This document shows positions 9,990 through 19,400 of a stretch of 64,000 bases of DNA, in pieces (position 1 is the stretch's first letter; every line of letters starts with the position of its first letter). Under the pieces are notes generated by a model. It was not told the origin of the DNA, did no database searches, and worked only from the letters and a program-made list of their open reading frames with translations. Source of the stretch: Candidatus Nomurabacteria bacterium (GTDB taxonomy: Bacteria; Patescibacteriota; Saccharimonadia; JAGOAT01). The stretch lies in NCBI GenBank assembly GCA_020639315.1, contig JACKGM010000002.1, positions 286,321 to 350,320 on the forward strand, written 5' to 3'. A program made the position numbers and the translations under genes.

Positions 9990-10150
9990 AACCCTGTTGC
10001 CATATAAACTTGCGAGGTCAAAGCTGATGATTTTTATTCCAGACTAGCAAAACATGACAAAGCATAACAGGAGTTACGCTGCGAAGTGTTTTGCTAGTCT
10101 GGGGCAAAAATGGCACTTTTGAAGCCGTGAGGTTATATGGCAACAGGGTT
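9990..10150. mobile_element. MITE-B copy (161 bp)
   Basis: 17-bp perfect TIRs AACCCTGTTGCCATATA / TATATGGCAACAGGGTT. Inner inverted repeat CCAGACTAGCAAAACA. Flanked by ATT/ATT 3-bp direct repeats (9987-9989, 10151-10153). Confidence 0.85.
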
Positions 10151-10200
10151 ATTGTCATCCTCCGAACTTCAGAGAACTTACAGGTATCCAGAGCATTGTC

Positions 10201-10236
10201 ATCCCCCGTAATCCTCGCAAGAGGATTACGGGGGAT
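10201..10236. terminator. very strong hairpin (16-bp stem, GCAA loop), possible terminator ~95 nt downstream of trpS
   Basis: ATCCCCCGTAATCCTC-GCAA-GAGGATTACGGGGGAT read directly. A T-rich tract follows only on the plus strand, so function is uncertain. Confidence 0.3.
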
Positions 10237-10329
10237 CTAGTATTTGTATTTTGAATAAAACCTAATTCTCCTATTTATCTTACTATACAAAATAGCAGGG
10301 TTTATAAAAATTTTATACCCTTGTCCATA

Positions 10330-11334
10330 CTAAATCAGCCCAATCAATTGCTTGACCTGATCCAGCTTCTGGTCTGCCAGTTGCTGACAATGCTCTTTTC
10401 CCTCAGCCACTACCCTACCTAGCATTGCCTGATCCTCTCTAAAACTTCGATATCTAGTTTGTAAATCAGCTAGCGTATCAGCCACCAATTCTGCTAAATC
10501 CTGCTTAAACTGACCGTATCCAAGTCCACTATAACGCTTCTGTATGGCTTCGATTGATAGATCACCATTAAACCCTCGATAAATATTGATTAGATTGCTG
10601 ATCGCAGGTTGGGTAGCTGGATGATAAACTACCTGATTATACTGATCGGTTACAGCTTTCTTAATTTTTTTATTAACTTGCTCGGGAGGATCTTCCAATA
10701 GTATATAGCTCAAATGATTATCGCTACTTTTACTCATCTTTTTGCTTGGATCTTGCAGATTCATAATCCTTGACCCCGTTTGAACTATCTGACCCTTGGG
10801 TATTACAAATACTTCTTTGTAAAGATTATTAAACCTACTAGCAATGTCCCTAGTCAGTTCAATATGCTGGATCTGGTCATCTCCCACTGGCACAATATCA
10901 GTATTGTATAGTAAAATATCAGCCGCCATCAAAACCGGATAGTTATAGAGTCCCACTAATAGCCCCTCTGGTTTCTGACCAGCAGTCTTATCCTTGAACT
11001 GAGTCATCCGGTTGAGCTCACCGATAGTCGTATAATTGTCCAATATCCACGCCAACTCGCTATGTGCAGGAACAGTAGATTGAACCATGATCTTAGCGTT
11101 ACCTTGATCTGGGTCAATCCCCAACGCCAGCAACCACGCTATCATATCAAAAGTGCGTTCCTGGAGCTGATCGGGGTCCTGTCTGACTGTAATCGCATGC
11201 AGGTTAACTATGCTAAATATCAGCTGACTATCTGGGCTATCTTCCTGCAACTCTACCCACTGTTTCATTGCCCCAATATAATTCCCAATCGTCGGCTTAC
11301 CGCTGGGCTGTATCCCCGAAAATATTCTCGTCAT
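10330..11334 (-). CDS. trpS: tryptophanyl-tRNA synthetase
   Basis: 334 aa. Class I signatures GIQPSGKPTIGNYIGA and KMSKS. Length and layout typical of bacterial TrpRS. Confidence 0.95.
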   Translation of the reverse strand: MTRIFSGIQPSGKPTIGNYIGAMKQWVELQEDSPDSQLIFSIVNLHAITVRQDPDQLQERTFDMIAWLLALGIDPDQGNAKIMVQSTVPAHSELAWILDNYTTIGELNRMTQFKDKTAGQKPEGLLVGLYNYPVLMAADILLYNTDIVPVGDDQIQHIELTRDIASRFNNLYKEVFVIPKGQIVQTGSRIMNLQDPSKKMSKSSDNHLSYILLEDPPEQVNKKIKKAVTDQYNQVVYHPATQPAISNLINIYRGFNGDLSIEAIQKRYSGLGYGQFKQDLAELVADTLADLQTRYRSFREDQAMLGRVVAEGKEHCQQLADQKLDQVKQLIGLI

Positions 11335-11419
11335 ATAGCTATAATTTTAACACACCCCTTACCCCAACCAAACCCCACATAACCCCCAGCTTCAACCTCT
11401 CGATTTCGACATCTTCAGT

Positions 11420-11482
11420 TTCGGGGTCAGACCCCGAACTCGACCTTGCTAACAGATATAAATCGTCGGGGTCTGACCCCGA
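11420..11482. repeat. REPIN-like doublet R1
   Basis: TCGGGGTCAGACCCCGA, spacer with AACAGATATAAA, then TCGGGGTCTGACCCCGA. Differs by 1 nt from R2. Confidence 0.85.
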
Positions 11483-11537
11483 CTTGTATTTTTTTTAGAC
11501 ACCATGGCCTACTCTTGTAACTACTCTTGTAATCTAC

Positions 11538-11798
11538 TTAACCGTATAGCTGCGAGTGTGTTCCTATCAAAGCAAATATGATTATTTCCTCTGACTCTCT
11601 ATAGTATAGAGCTCGCAAGTCTCCTGATATATTAATACTATAATAACTAGCAAATCTTCCCTTTAGTGGATGTAGTCTCAAAATTGGATTTACTGGATCA
11701 ATCAAAAACAGTCTTAATCGTTGATCAAATTGAACTTGTTGTTTGGCTGGTAATTTTTGATATTGTTGCTTAAACTTTTTGTCATATTTAATAATCAT
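11538..11798 (-). CDS. type II toxin, RelE/YafQ-family mRNA interferase
   Basis: 86 aa. Contains ...LHPLKGRFASYYSINISGDLRALYY...LIGTHSQLY, typical of YafQ/RelE toxins. Overlaps the upstream antitoxin gene by 4 nt. Confidence 0.75.
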   Translation of the reverse strand: MIIKYDKKFKQQYQKLPAKQQVQFDQRLRLFLIDPVNPILRLHPLKGRFASYYSINISGDLRALYYRESEEIIIFALIGTHSQLYG

Positions 11799-12064
11799 GA
11801 CTTCAGGTCTTGTAGGAAATCCTCAACATTATCAAATGCCGAGCTGATTTGACCGTCTTCCCTATCTCTCTCCACTTGAGCAATCTTCTCCTCGAGCCCT
11901 ATGCTCATCGGTTCTGGAACATATATCTCAATATGCCTAGTCACAACCACTTGTTTTAGATAGCTATTAATTAAGCTACTGAGTGTAATCCCAGCGTCCT
12001 TAGCGAGCTGTTGAGCAGCCCTCTTGGTATCATCATCTGTTTTGATAGTAATTACTTGGCTCAT
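11795..12064 (-). CDS. type II antitoxin, RelB/DinJ-like ribbon-helix-helix
   Basis: The likely start MSQVITIKTDDDTKRAAQQLAKDAGITLSSLINSYLKQ (ATG at 12064) is an RHH-type N-terminus. The ORF-track start at 12121 runs into repeat-adjacent sequence. Confidence 0.7.
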   Translation of the reverse strand: MSQVITIKTDDDTKRAAQQLAKDAGITLSSLINSYLKQVVVTRHIEIYVPEPMSIGLEEKIAQVERDREDGQISSAFDNVEDFLQDLKS

Positions 12065-12138
12065 AATACTAAATATATACGTAGTATTACATATTGTCAA
12101 CCGAGCCCTGCCATAAATCAAAATCTAGAATCATAGAA

Positions 12139-12200
12139 TCGGGGTCTGACCCCGAACTCGACCTTGCTAACAGATATAAATCGTCGGGGTCTGACCCCGA
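12139..12200. repeat. REPIN-like doublet R2
   Basis: Same architecture and near-identical sequence to R1 and R3. Lies ~130 nt upstream of the RAYT-like gene. Confidence 0.85.
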
Positions 12201-12328
12201 CTTGTATAGATTGAAGACTATTATACTTGCAAAATTACTGGGTTTGAGCAACAATGTAACTAACTTTAGTGTTAGACTCAACGATTACTGACTATCGTTG
12301 TCTCTGTAAAATATAATCAATACTAACT

Positions 12329-12979
12329 ATGCCAAATCCAAATACTATTAGACGGTACTATCCTAATACCTTTTACCACTTATACAACCGTGGTAATCAT
12401 AAGTTGCCCATATTCTTTAACCATCAAGAATATTTGAAGTTCTTGGCTATACTGAAGTTTTTATTAACATCAGACAACAAGACGGCTGATTCTCTAAAAA
12501 TATTTGCTAAACCTAGGAGAAAAGAGCAAAATTTTAGCAAGAAAATTGCGTTAGTTAGTTTCGTCTTAATGCCAAACCACTTCCATATGATAATATATGC
12601 AAAAGACCCGAAGGACATAGAGAAATTCATGGGTAGGTTAAGCATAAAATACACTCAAATAGTTAACTCTAATCACAACCTGGTAGGTCGACTCTTCCAG
12701 GGTGTATATAAGGCTAGACCAATATTATCAGAAATTGACCTGACTAACACTTCTGCTTATATACACCTAAACCCAAACGAACTCACTCCTGATAATTCAG
12801 ATTATTATCTTTCCTACCCCTATTCGAGTCTGTCCAAAAACCATACTACATTAGGGGTTATCAATTTTGATTTACTCACCGATAAGGCGGATATATCACT
12901 AATTCAATATCATCAGTATTTATTGAATAAATCAAAAAATTTCGTTGAAATGCAAATGATTAAAAAACATGGTATCTAA
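12329..12979 (+). CDS. REP-associated tyrosine transposase (RAYT)-like HUH/Y1 protein (IS200-like fold)
   Basis: 216 aa. N-terminal FYHLYNRGNHKLPIF, HUH motif LMPNHFHMII and tyrosine motif SAYIHLNP. No tnpB partner. Flanked by REPIN-like doublets on both sides. Confidence 0.8.
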   Translation: MPNPNTIRRYYPNTFYHLYNRGNHKLPIFFNHQEYLKFLAILKFLLTSDNKTADSLKIFAKPRRKEQNFSKKIALVSFVLMPNHFHMIIYAKDPKDIEKFMGRLSIKYTQIVNSNHNLVGRLFQGVYKARPILSEIDLTNTSAYIHLNPNELTPDNSDYYLSYPYSSLSKNHTTLGVINFDLLTDKADISLIQYHQYLLNKSKNFVEMQMIKKHGI

Positions 12980-13026
12980 ACTTCTGAGGTGACCAAACTA
13001 AGCTATAAGTTCTAGAGAATAGTCTT

Positions 13027-13110
13027 CCTGACTTCGTGACTTCGGGGTCTGACCCCGAACTCGACCTTGCTAACAGATATAAATCGTCGGGGTCTGACCC
13101 CGAAGTCAGG
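13027..13110. repeat. REPIN-like doublet R3 (extended outer stem)
   Basis: Core as in R1/R2, with an additional complementary CCTGACTTCG (13027-13036) / CGAAGTCAGG (13101-13110). Sits between convergent gene ends. Confidence 0.85.
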
Positions 13111-13112
13111 AT

Positions 13113-13421
13113 TTAGTAGTAGATTTTTATCCGACCTGTGATCACTACGATTAGTACTATTAGACCAAGGAATCTACGCCACAAGTTGACCCCGTAGCGA
13201 ATCTCCAAATAAGCCCAATAAATCAAGCTAATGTCTCTAATTAGCCCCAAATAATAACTGATAGAAAAGCGACTAAGTATCAGGCTCGCTAGTCCAAAAT
13301 AAAACCAAATCTTCAAGGGCAGATTAGCAGGTTGGGCGACTACAATCCTACCCTGACTATCCCTAAAGCATTTATCTACCAGGAAATTTTTACATTTACT
13401 AATCAACTGATTTGATTTCAT
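13113..13421 (-). CDS. small membrane protein (hypothetical)
   Basis: Hydrophobic segments present. The likely start is MKSNQL (13421), because the track start at 13478 overlaps the upstream giant gene by 41 nt. Confidence 0.4.
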   Translation of the reverse strand: MKSNQLISKCKNFLVDKCFRDSQGRIVVAQPANLPLKIWFYFGLASLILSRFSISYYLGLIRDISLIYWAYLEIRYGVNLWRRFLGLIVLIVVITGRIKIYY

Positions 13422-13437
13422 CAGCACTAAGTCAAAC

Positions 13438-16400
13438 TTAATTCTTAGAATAGTCCTCTTGTCTACTCTTAAGACCAATCAACCAAACTAGGCTAGCGAT
13501 TGCTACTGCAACCAAGATAATAGTGAGGATACCAGCTCCGGTCTTGGGTAGTTGTTTCACCTTATCGATTAGACTATCTTTTGCTTCTAGATAATCCGGC
13601 ACTCCATTACCATCTTTGTCAACAAAACTCTTAGAATCAGTAGGGTTAGTACCGTTTTGCTCTTCGACATAGTCGGGTACTCCGTCACCATCGGTATCGA
13701 GATAATCATCTGGGTCATTGGGATCGGTGCCCTGCTGATTTTCAACGTAGTCAGGCACTCCGTCACCGTCAGTATCAAGGAAGTCGTCCGGATCATTGGG
13801 ATCAGTCCCCTGCTCTTGTTCGACTACATCAGGCACTCCGTCACCATCGGTATCAATCCCTTCCTGATAATCAGGGATACCATTGTTATTTTCGTCTACA
13901 AAATCATCAGGGTCGTCAGGGTTAGTACCGTTTTGCTCTTCGACATAGTCGGGCACTCCATCGCCGTCAGTATCAAGGAAGTCAGTAGGATCGCTAGGAT
14001 CAGTACCCTGCTCTTCTTCAACATAGTCAGGCACCAAGTCACCATCAGTATCTGGATAGCTGTCTGGGTCACTAGGGTCTGTACCCTCCTGAATCTCTAC
14101 ATAATCAGGTACTCCGTCACCGTCGGTATCAAGGAAGTCATCAGGGTCACTCGGGTCTGTGCCCTCCGATACTTCGACATAGTCGGGTACTTCATCACCA
14201 TCATTATCAGGGTAACTACTAGAGTCATAGGGGTTTGTACCTGCAACTACTTCGATGCTGTTTGGCACACCATCTTGATCGCTATCTAAAAAATCATTAG
14301 GGTCATTAGGGTTAGTACCCTCTTGAATTTCAACATAATCAGGTACACCATCACCGTCGGTATCAAGAAAATCATCAGGATCATTGGGGTCTGTACCCTC
14401 TTGAATCTCGATTGAATCCGGTACCCCATCCCCATCAGTATCTGGCCCATCACCAGGGTCATTTGGATTATATGGATCTGTACCATCGACTAATTCTTGG
14501 TAATCCGAGATACCATCATTATCACTATCTAGGAAGTCGTTAGAGTCGCTAGGATCAGTACCCTCAGTCTCTTCTACATAATCAGGCACCCCGTCACCGT
14601 CAGTATCCAAGAAGTCATCGGGATCATTGGGATCTGTGCCCTGTTGTAGTTCAACATAATCAGGAACCCCATCACCATCGCTGTCAACAAAACTATCCGG
14701 GTTGTTTGGATCTGTTCCGTCAATGATTTCAACATAATCTGGTACCCCGTCGCCGTCAGAATCAGGATAGCTTATAGAATCATAGGGATCAGTTCCTTCC
14801 TGCTCTTCGATATAGTTAGGCACCCCGTCACCGTCAGTATCCAAGAAGTCATCGGGATCATTGGGATCTGTGCCCTGTTGTAGTTCAACATAATCCGGAA
14901 CTCCATCACCATCAGTATCAGTGGCTTCGATTACTTGAAAATCTACATAGTCATAATTGTTTCTGAAACCTACATCAATCTGTTCAATCGTATCGAGATA
15001 GCCATAGTTGGTCAAAAATTGACCTGCGTTAACACCTATATCAGCTACCAATATAAGCTCAGCTTGAGCCGAAGTAACCAAGCTTGGAATTGACCAGGTT
15101 AAACTACCCTGATCAAAACTTCCATCAGTGACTTGTATGTCTGCTACTGTTAGCCCTGTAGGCAAACTGTCCTTGATCACAATACTGGTAGCATCATTGT
15201 CCCCGATGTTATTAACAACAATCTTATATACCACCTGACCACCTTCCTGAAGATTGCTCCTGATATCTTGATCATCGATTACCTTAGTCACTTCCAAGTC
15301 AGTTACTACAGGTACGACTCCTGTGGTAAAAGCGATCAAATCATTATCATTGAGATAATTATTATCATCTTGATCAAAACCTAAGAGACTAGCAGAATTA
15401 ATCACCTCTTGACCATTAGCTGCGTCAATATTGACAGTAATATCAAGTGTAGCTGTCGCAGCTGAAGCCAAACTTGGAATTTGCCAGATACCAGTAGCTG
15501 AGTCATAACTGCCGACCGAAGGGTTGGCACTGACAAAGCTTACCCCGCTAGGCAAGTCATCATTGATCATTAGCCCTGTAGCACCAATACTCCCTAGATT
15601 GTCTACTATAATCTGATAAGTCAGACTATCATTTTGATTGAATCCGCTATTGTCAAAGTCGATTGTTTTGAAGACTGCGATATCAGTCAGCATTGGCTCA
15701 ACACCGACCGTGAAGCTTGCACCATCTGAATCATTACTATAGTCGATATCGATTTGATCTAAGCTATCTAAGTAAGCTAGATTATCAAGCTGACTATTGA
15801 GGCTAGCATTGATGGTAGCTGTAATCACCAAACTCTCTTGACCATTGGCTGCCAAGCTAGCAAACTGCCACTGACCAGTCACCGGATCATAGCTACCTGA
15901 GCTAGTGGTGGCCGAAACAAAGCTCAGACCAGCTGGCAATTGGTCAATAATCGTTAGGTTGGTAGCCGATTGAGTAGTCTGATTGGTTGCAACTACTTGA
16001 TAAGTAATAATCTGACTAGTGGCCAGCTCTGCTCCACTATTCGGATAATCAATATTCTTGATCACTGCAACATCAGTCAGGACGGGAGTCGTCCCAACGG
16101 TGAACTGAATAGTGTCATTGTCGTTAGCAGAGTTGGGGTCGACTAGATTGGTGGCTACGGCTGTAATCTCACCATAGTTGTCGACTGCTTGGCCTAGGCT
16201 AGCATTGATAGTAGCTGTAATCCTGAGCTGAGTATTACTGTAAGCTGCCAGGCTAGAAACGCTCCAGTCCCCAGTGGCCTGATTGTAGCTACCAGTATCT
16301 GGAGTAGCCGAGACGAAGCTTAGTCCAGCTGGCAAAAGGTCACTAACCACGATATTGTTAGCTGTCTGATCTCCATAATTTTCTAGATTGACGATATAGA

Positions 16401-19400
16401 CTACCATGCCTCCGGTCGAGAAATCACTAGTACTACTAGCAAAATCGATATTGGTATATACCCCGAGGTCAGTTACCACCGGAGCTACCCCGACTACAAA
16501 CTCAATACTGTCGCTATTGTTGACTGCATTGGTATCAACTTGATCGAATCCATTGATCTGAGCAAGGTTATTGATTGTAGTACCACTAGCAGCACCAATG
16601 GTAGTGGTTACTAAGATTGTCTTAGTCTGATTGACAGCTAGCGTACCTAGATTCCAAGTCGTACCATTGTAGCTACCATCCCCTTGTGTACCGACTAGGG
16701 TTAGTCCGGCTGGCAGAGGATCGTTGACTGATACCCCTGTAGCATTCAAAGGACCTTGATTGGTCACTTCTAGCTTGTAAACCAATTGGTTACCAGAGTT
16801 GTAGCCAGAATTGGCAGTATCAAAAGTCTTATTGATCGAGAGATCGGTGACTTCACTGGCATTGTTTAATACTGTGTAGACACTGTCATAATTGTTACTG
16901 AGGTTGGTATCAGTTTGGTGCATACTCAGAATGTCAGAGATATTTACTACTACGCCACTACTGAGATCAACCCTGACTAATAGATTGAGTGTTGCGGTAC
17001 TACCTGTACCCAAAGAACCCAAATCCCAGACTCCTGTTGCTTGATCATAGCTACCATAGCCATTGGTATTAGCAGACACAAAGCTTGTGCCGTTTGGAAC
17101 TGCGTCTCGGACTATTACCATACTAGCAGGGTTAGAGCCTTGATTGGTCACATCTATTACATATTGAATTTGATCATTTTGACTGTATGGTCCAGGTGTC
17201 GATGCACTAATCGACTTATTGAGTACCAAATCAGTCGCAAGAATCGTGACTGGAGTATTAACCAGATCAACATTATCGCTATAGGTATTACCGAGCTCAC
17301 TTTCTGTCTCGACTAGGACCTGATTAGCCACTTCTGGAGCAGCTGCTTCATCCACTAGTACCTTGAATTCGAGTGGCTCAAGTGCCTGACCCTCTAGGAC
17401 TGGATAATTCTGATAGGTACATTCGATATCTTGACCGGTCACTAGACAGCTCCAGTTGGTCGAGCTAACCCAGCTATCAAAGCTCAGACCAGGATCGAGG
17501 CTATCAGTCACTACAATTGGTGAGGTAGCCAAGACCTGACCGACTGGACTACCTGGGGAGCTAGTATTATTACTGACTTGAATCCTATAAGTACCCAAAC
17601 TATTTTCGACGAAGCTACCGACTGCAGTCTTTTCTACTGCTAGATCAGGCCTAATCAGATCGACAGTGAATGATACGGTATCTGTATTGTTAGCTTGATT
17701 GGTGTCAAGCTGATCAGCTGACTGAATAGTCGCAGTGTTGTCTATCTGTCCATCCTGAGCTACAGTGGCCTGAATAGTCAAGGTAGCGCTAGAATTAGCA
17801 GCAATACTAGGTATAGTCCAAGTACTGCCACTGTAGCTACCACTAGAAGCAGTAACATTAGTAACATTTAACTCCGAGGGAACAACATCTTCTACTACAA
17901 TATTGCTAGCATTGAAGTCGGTCGGGTTTGTCACGGTTATTTGGTATTCGATGGTACTACCGAATTCGATTGGGTTGTCAGCTGATGAGACTTGCTTATC
18001 TAGGCTAAGATCAAGATCGACCATCATCCCGAAATCAACTGTCTGATTGTAGTTGCTGACCCAGCCACCGGTACTGGCGGTCTCAGAACCGTAGGCTAGA
18101 TTAACCCTACCGGATACTACACCGTAAACTCCATTGGTACCATCATCATTATTGTCAGTATTGTCTAGATAAGTAACTGGTTCATATGGTCCAGTCAAAG
18201 CATTGGTTCCACTAGTACTTGTATAGCCTTCTAGTGGCTGACCAGCAGCGAACTGACTAGTCGGAATCAAGACAAAGTAATTGCCATTGGCCAAATAGTC
18301 TATTTTGTAGTTCCCTGACGGATCAGCTGTAGCAGTGTCGATAAATATATCTGTATTTGGATCAAAAGTACTATTACCATCATCTAACCACAACTCAACC
18401 CCTACTCCACCAATACCATTATCTCCAGCATCAAATAGACCATTGTAATTATTGTCTGCGAAGACTGCACTACCGATTGAATTGTAACGAACTTGGGCGG
18501 AAACGGAGTCGGAATTGTTGCCAGTATTGGCTGCTATTTCATCTACACTTGATACACTAGCCGTGTTGTTGAGAGTCGGTGCCGCACTGCGATTGATAGT
18601 GTAGCCAAAACTGATCGTCGGTAAGCTAGCACCAGGAGCTAGATTGGATCCACCAGTGTAAATACAGGTCAAATTGTTAACCCCGACCCCAGGTACGACA
18701 TTACAGCTCCAACCTGCTGGGCTAATCGGTAGATTGAGAGTAAGTGAATCTGGAATCGCATCGGTCACAGTGATCGCTGCTCCATTGTCAAAAAAGCCAG
18801 TCGAGCTAGCCGCATTGCTCACTACAATACTGTAGGTACCGATTTGACCAACTTGAGGGTTGGCACTAGCGGTCTTGTCAATCGTCAAATCACAAGGTAC
18901 TGAATAGTTGACAGTCTGGACCTCACTGCCGTCACTGGCAGTGGGGGTTAGGACGAAACCAGCTACAGTTGGGTTATTAGTTGTTTCAGCATCGATACTT
19001 ATAAAATTAAGTAAAGTTAGAGCTCCTGTAGTGTTATCTATCGAGAACAACAGTAATCTTCTATCTAAACCTAGAGGGGCTTGTACATTAGTTGCTAGTA
19101 GTCTTGTCCCATCAGGTGAAATAACCAAGGAATGAAGGTAACCACCTCCGTAGTAAACTGCACTAGTTCGAACAGGAGCAGTAGGATCCGTCATGTCGTA
19201 TAGGTAAATTCTTACCCCATCATAGTCATTGCCAGCGATAGAGTCGTCTGTCTTAAATGCTGCATATGCAAAATTTCCTACCTTACTATAGGCAACATTA
19301 CCGTACTTCCTTACGGTAGTTTCTGAGTAAACTAAGGTATGAGGTAATGTTGCGTTAACCGAATAGTGCTCAAATGTATTATCGTTGATATATGGGCCAT

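Noticed and set aside
11268-12291. Track ORFs 11268-11498, 12087-12281 and 12094-12291, which encode ...SGSDPELDLANRYKSSGSDPDLY...
   Set aside because: They are simply translations of the REPIN-like doublets (GGGGTCTGACCCC reads as GSDP). The same peptide appears wherever the repeat occurs. There is no independent coding evidence.
13587-14486. Antisense and alternative-frame ORFs inside the TSP3-like repeat region of the giant gene (e.g. the 210-aa ORF at 13657-14289)
   Set aside because: They are artefacts of highly repetitive, stop-poor repeat DNA. They lie fully inside a 2265-aa ORF that has clear domain logic.
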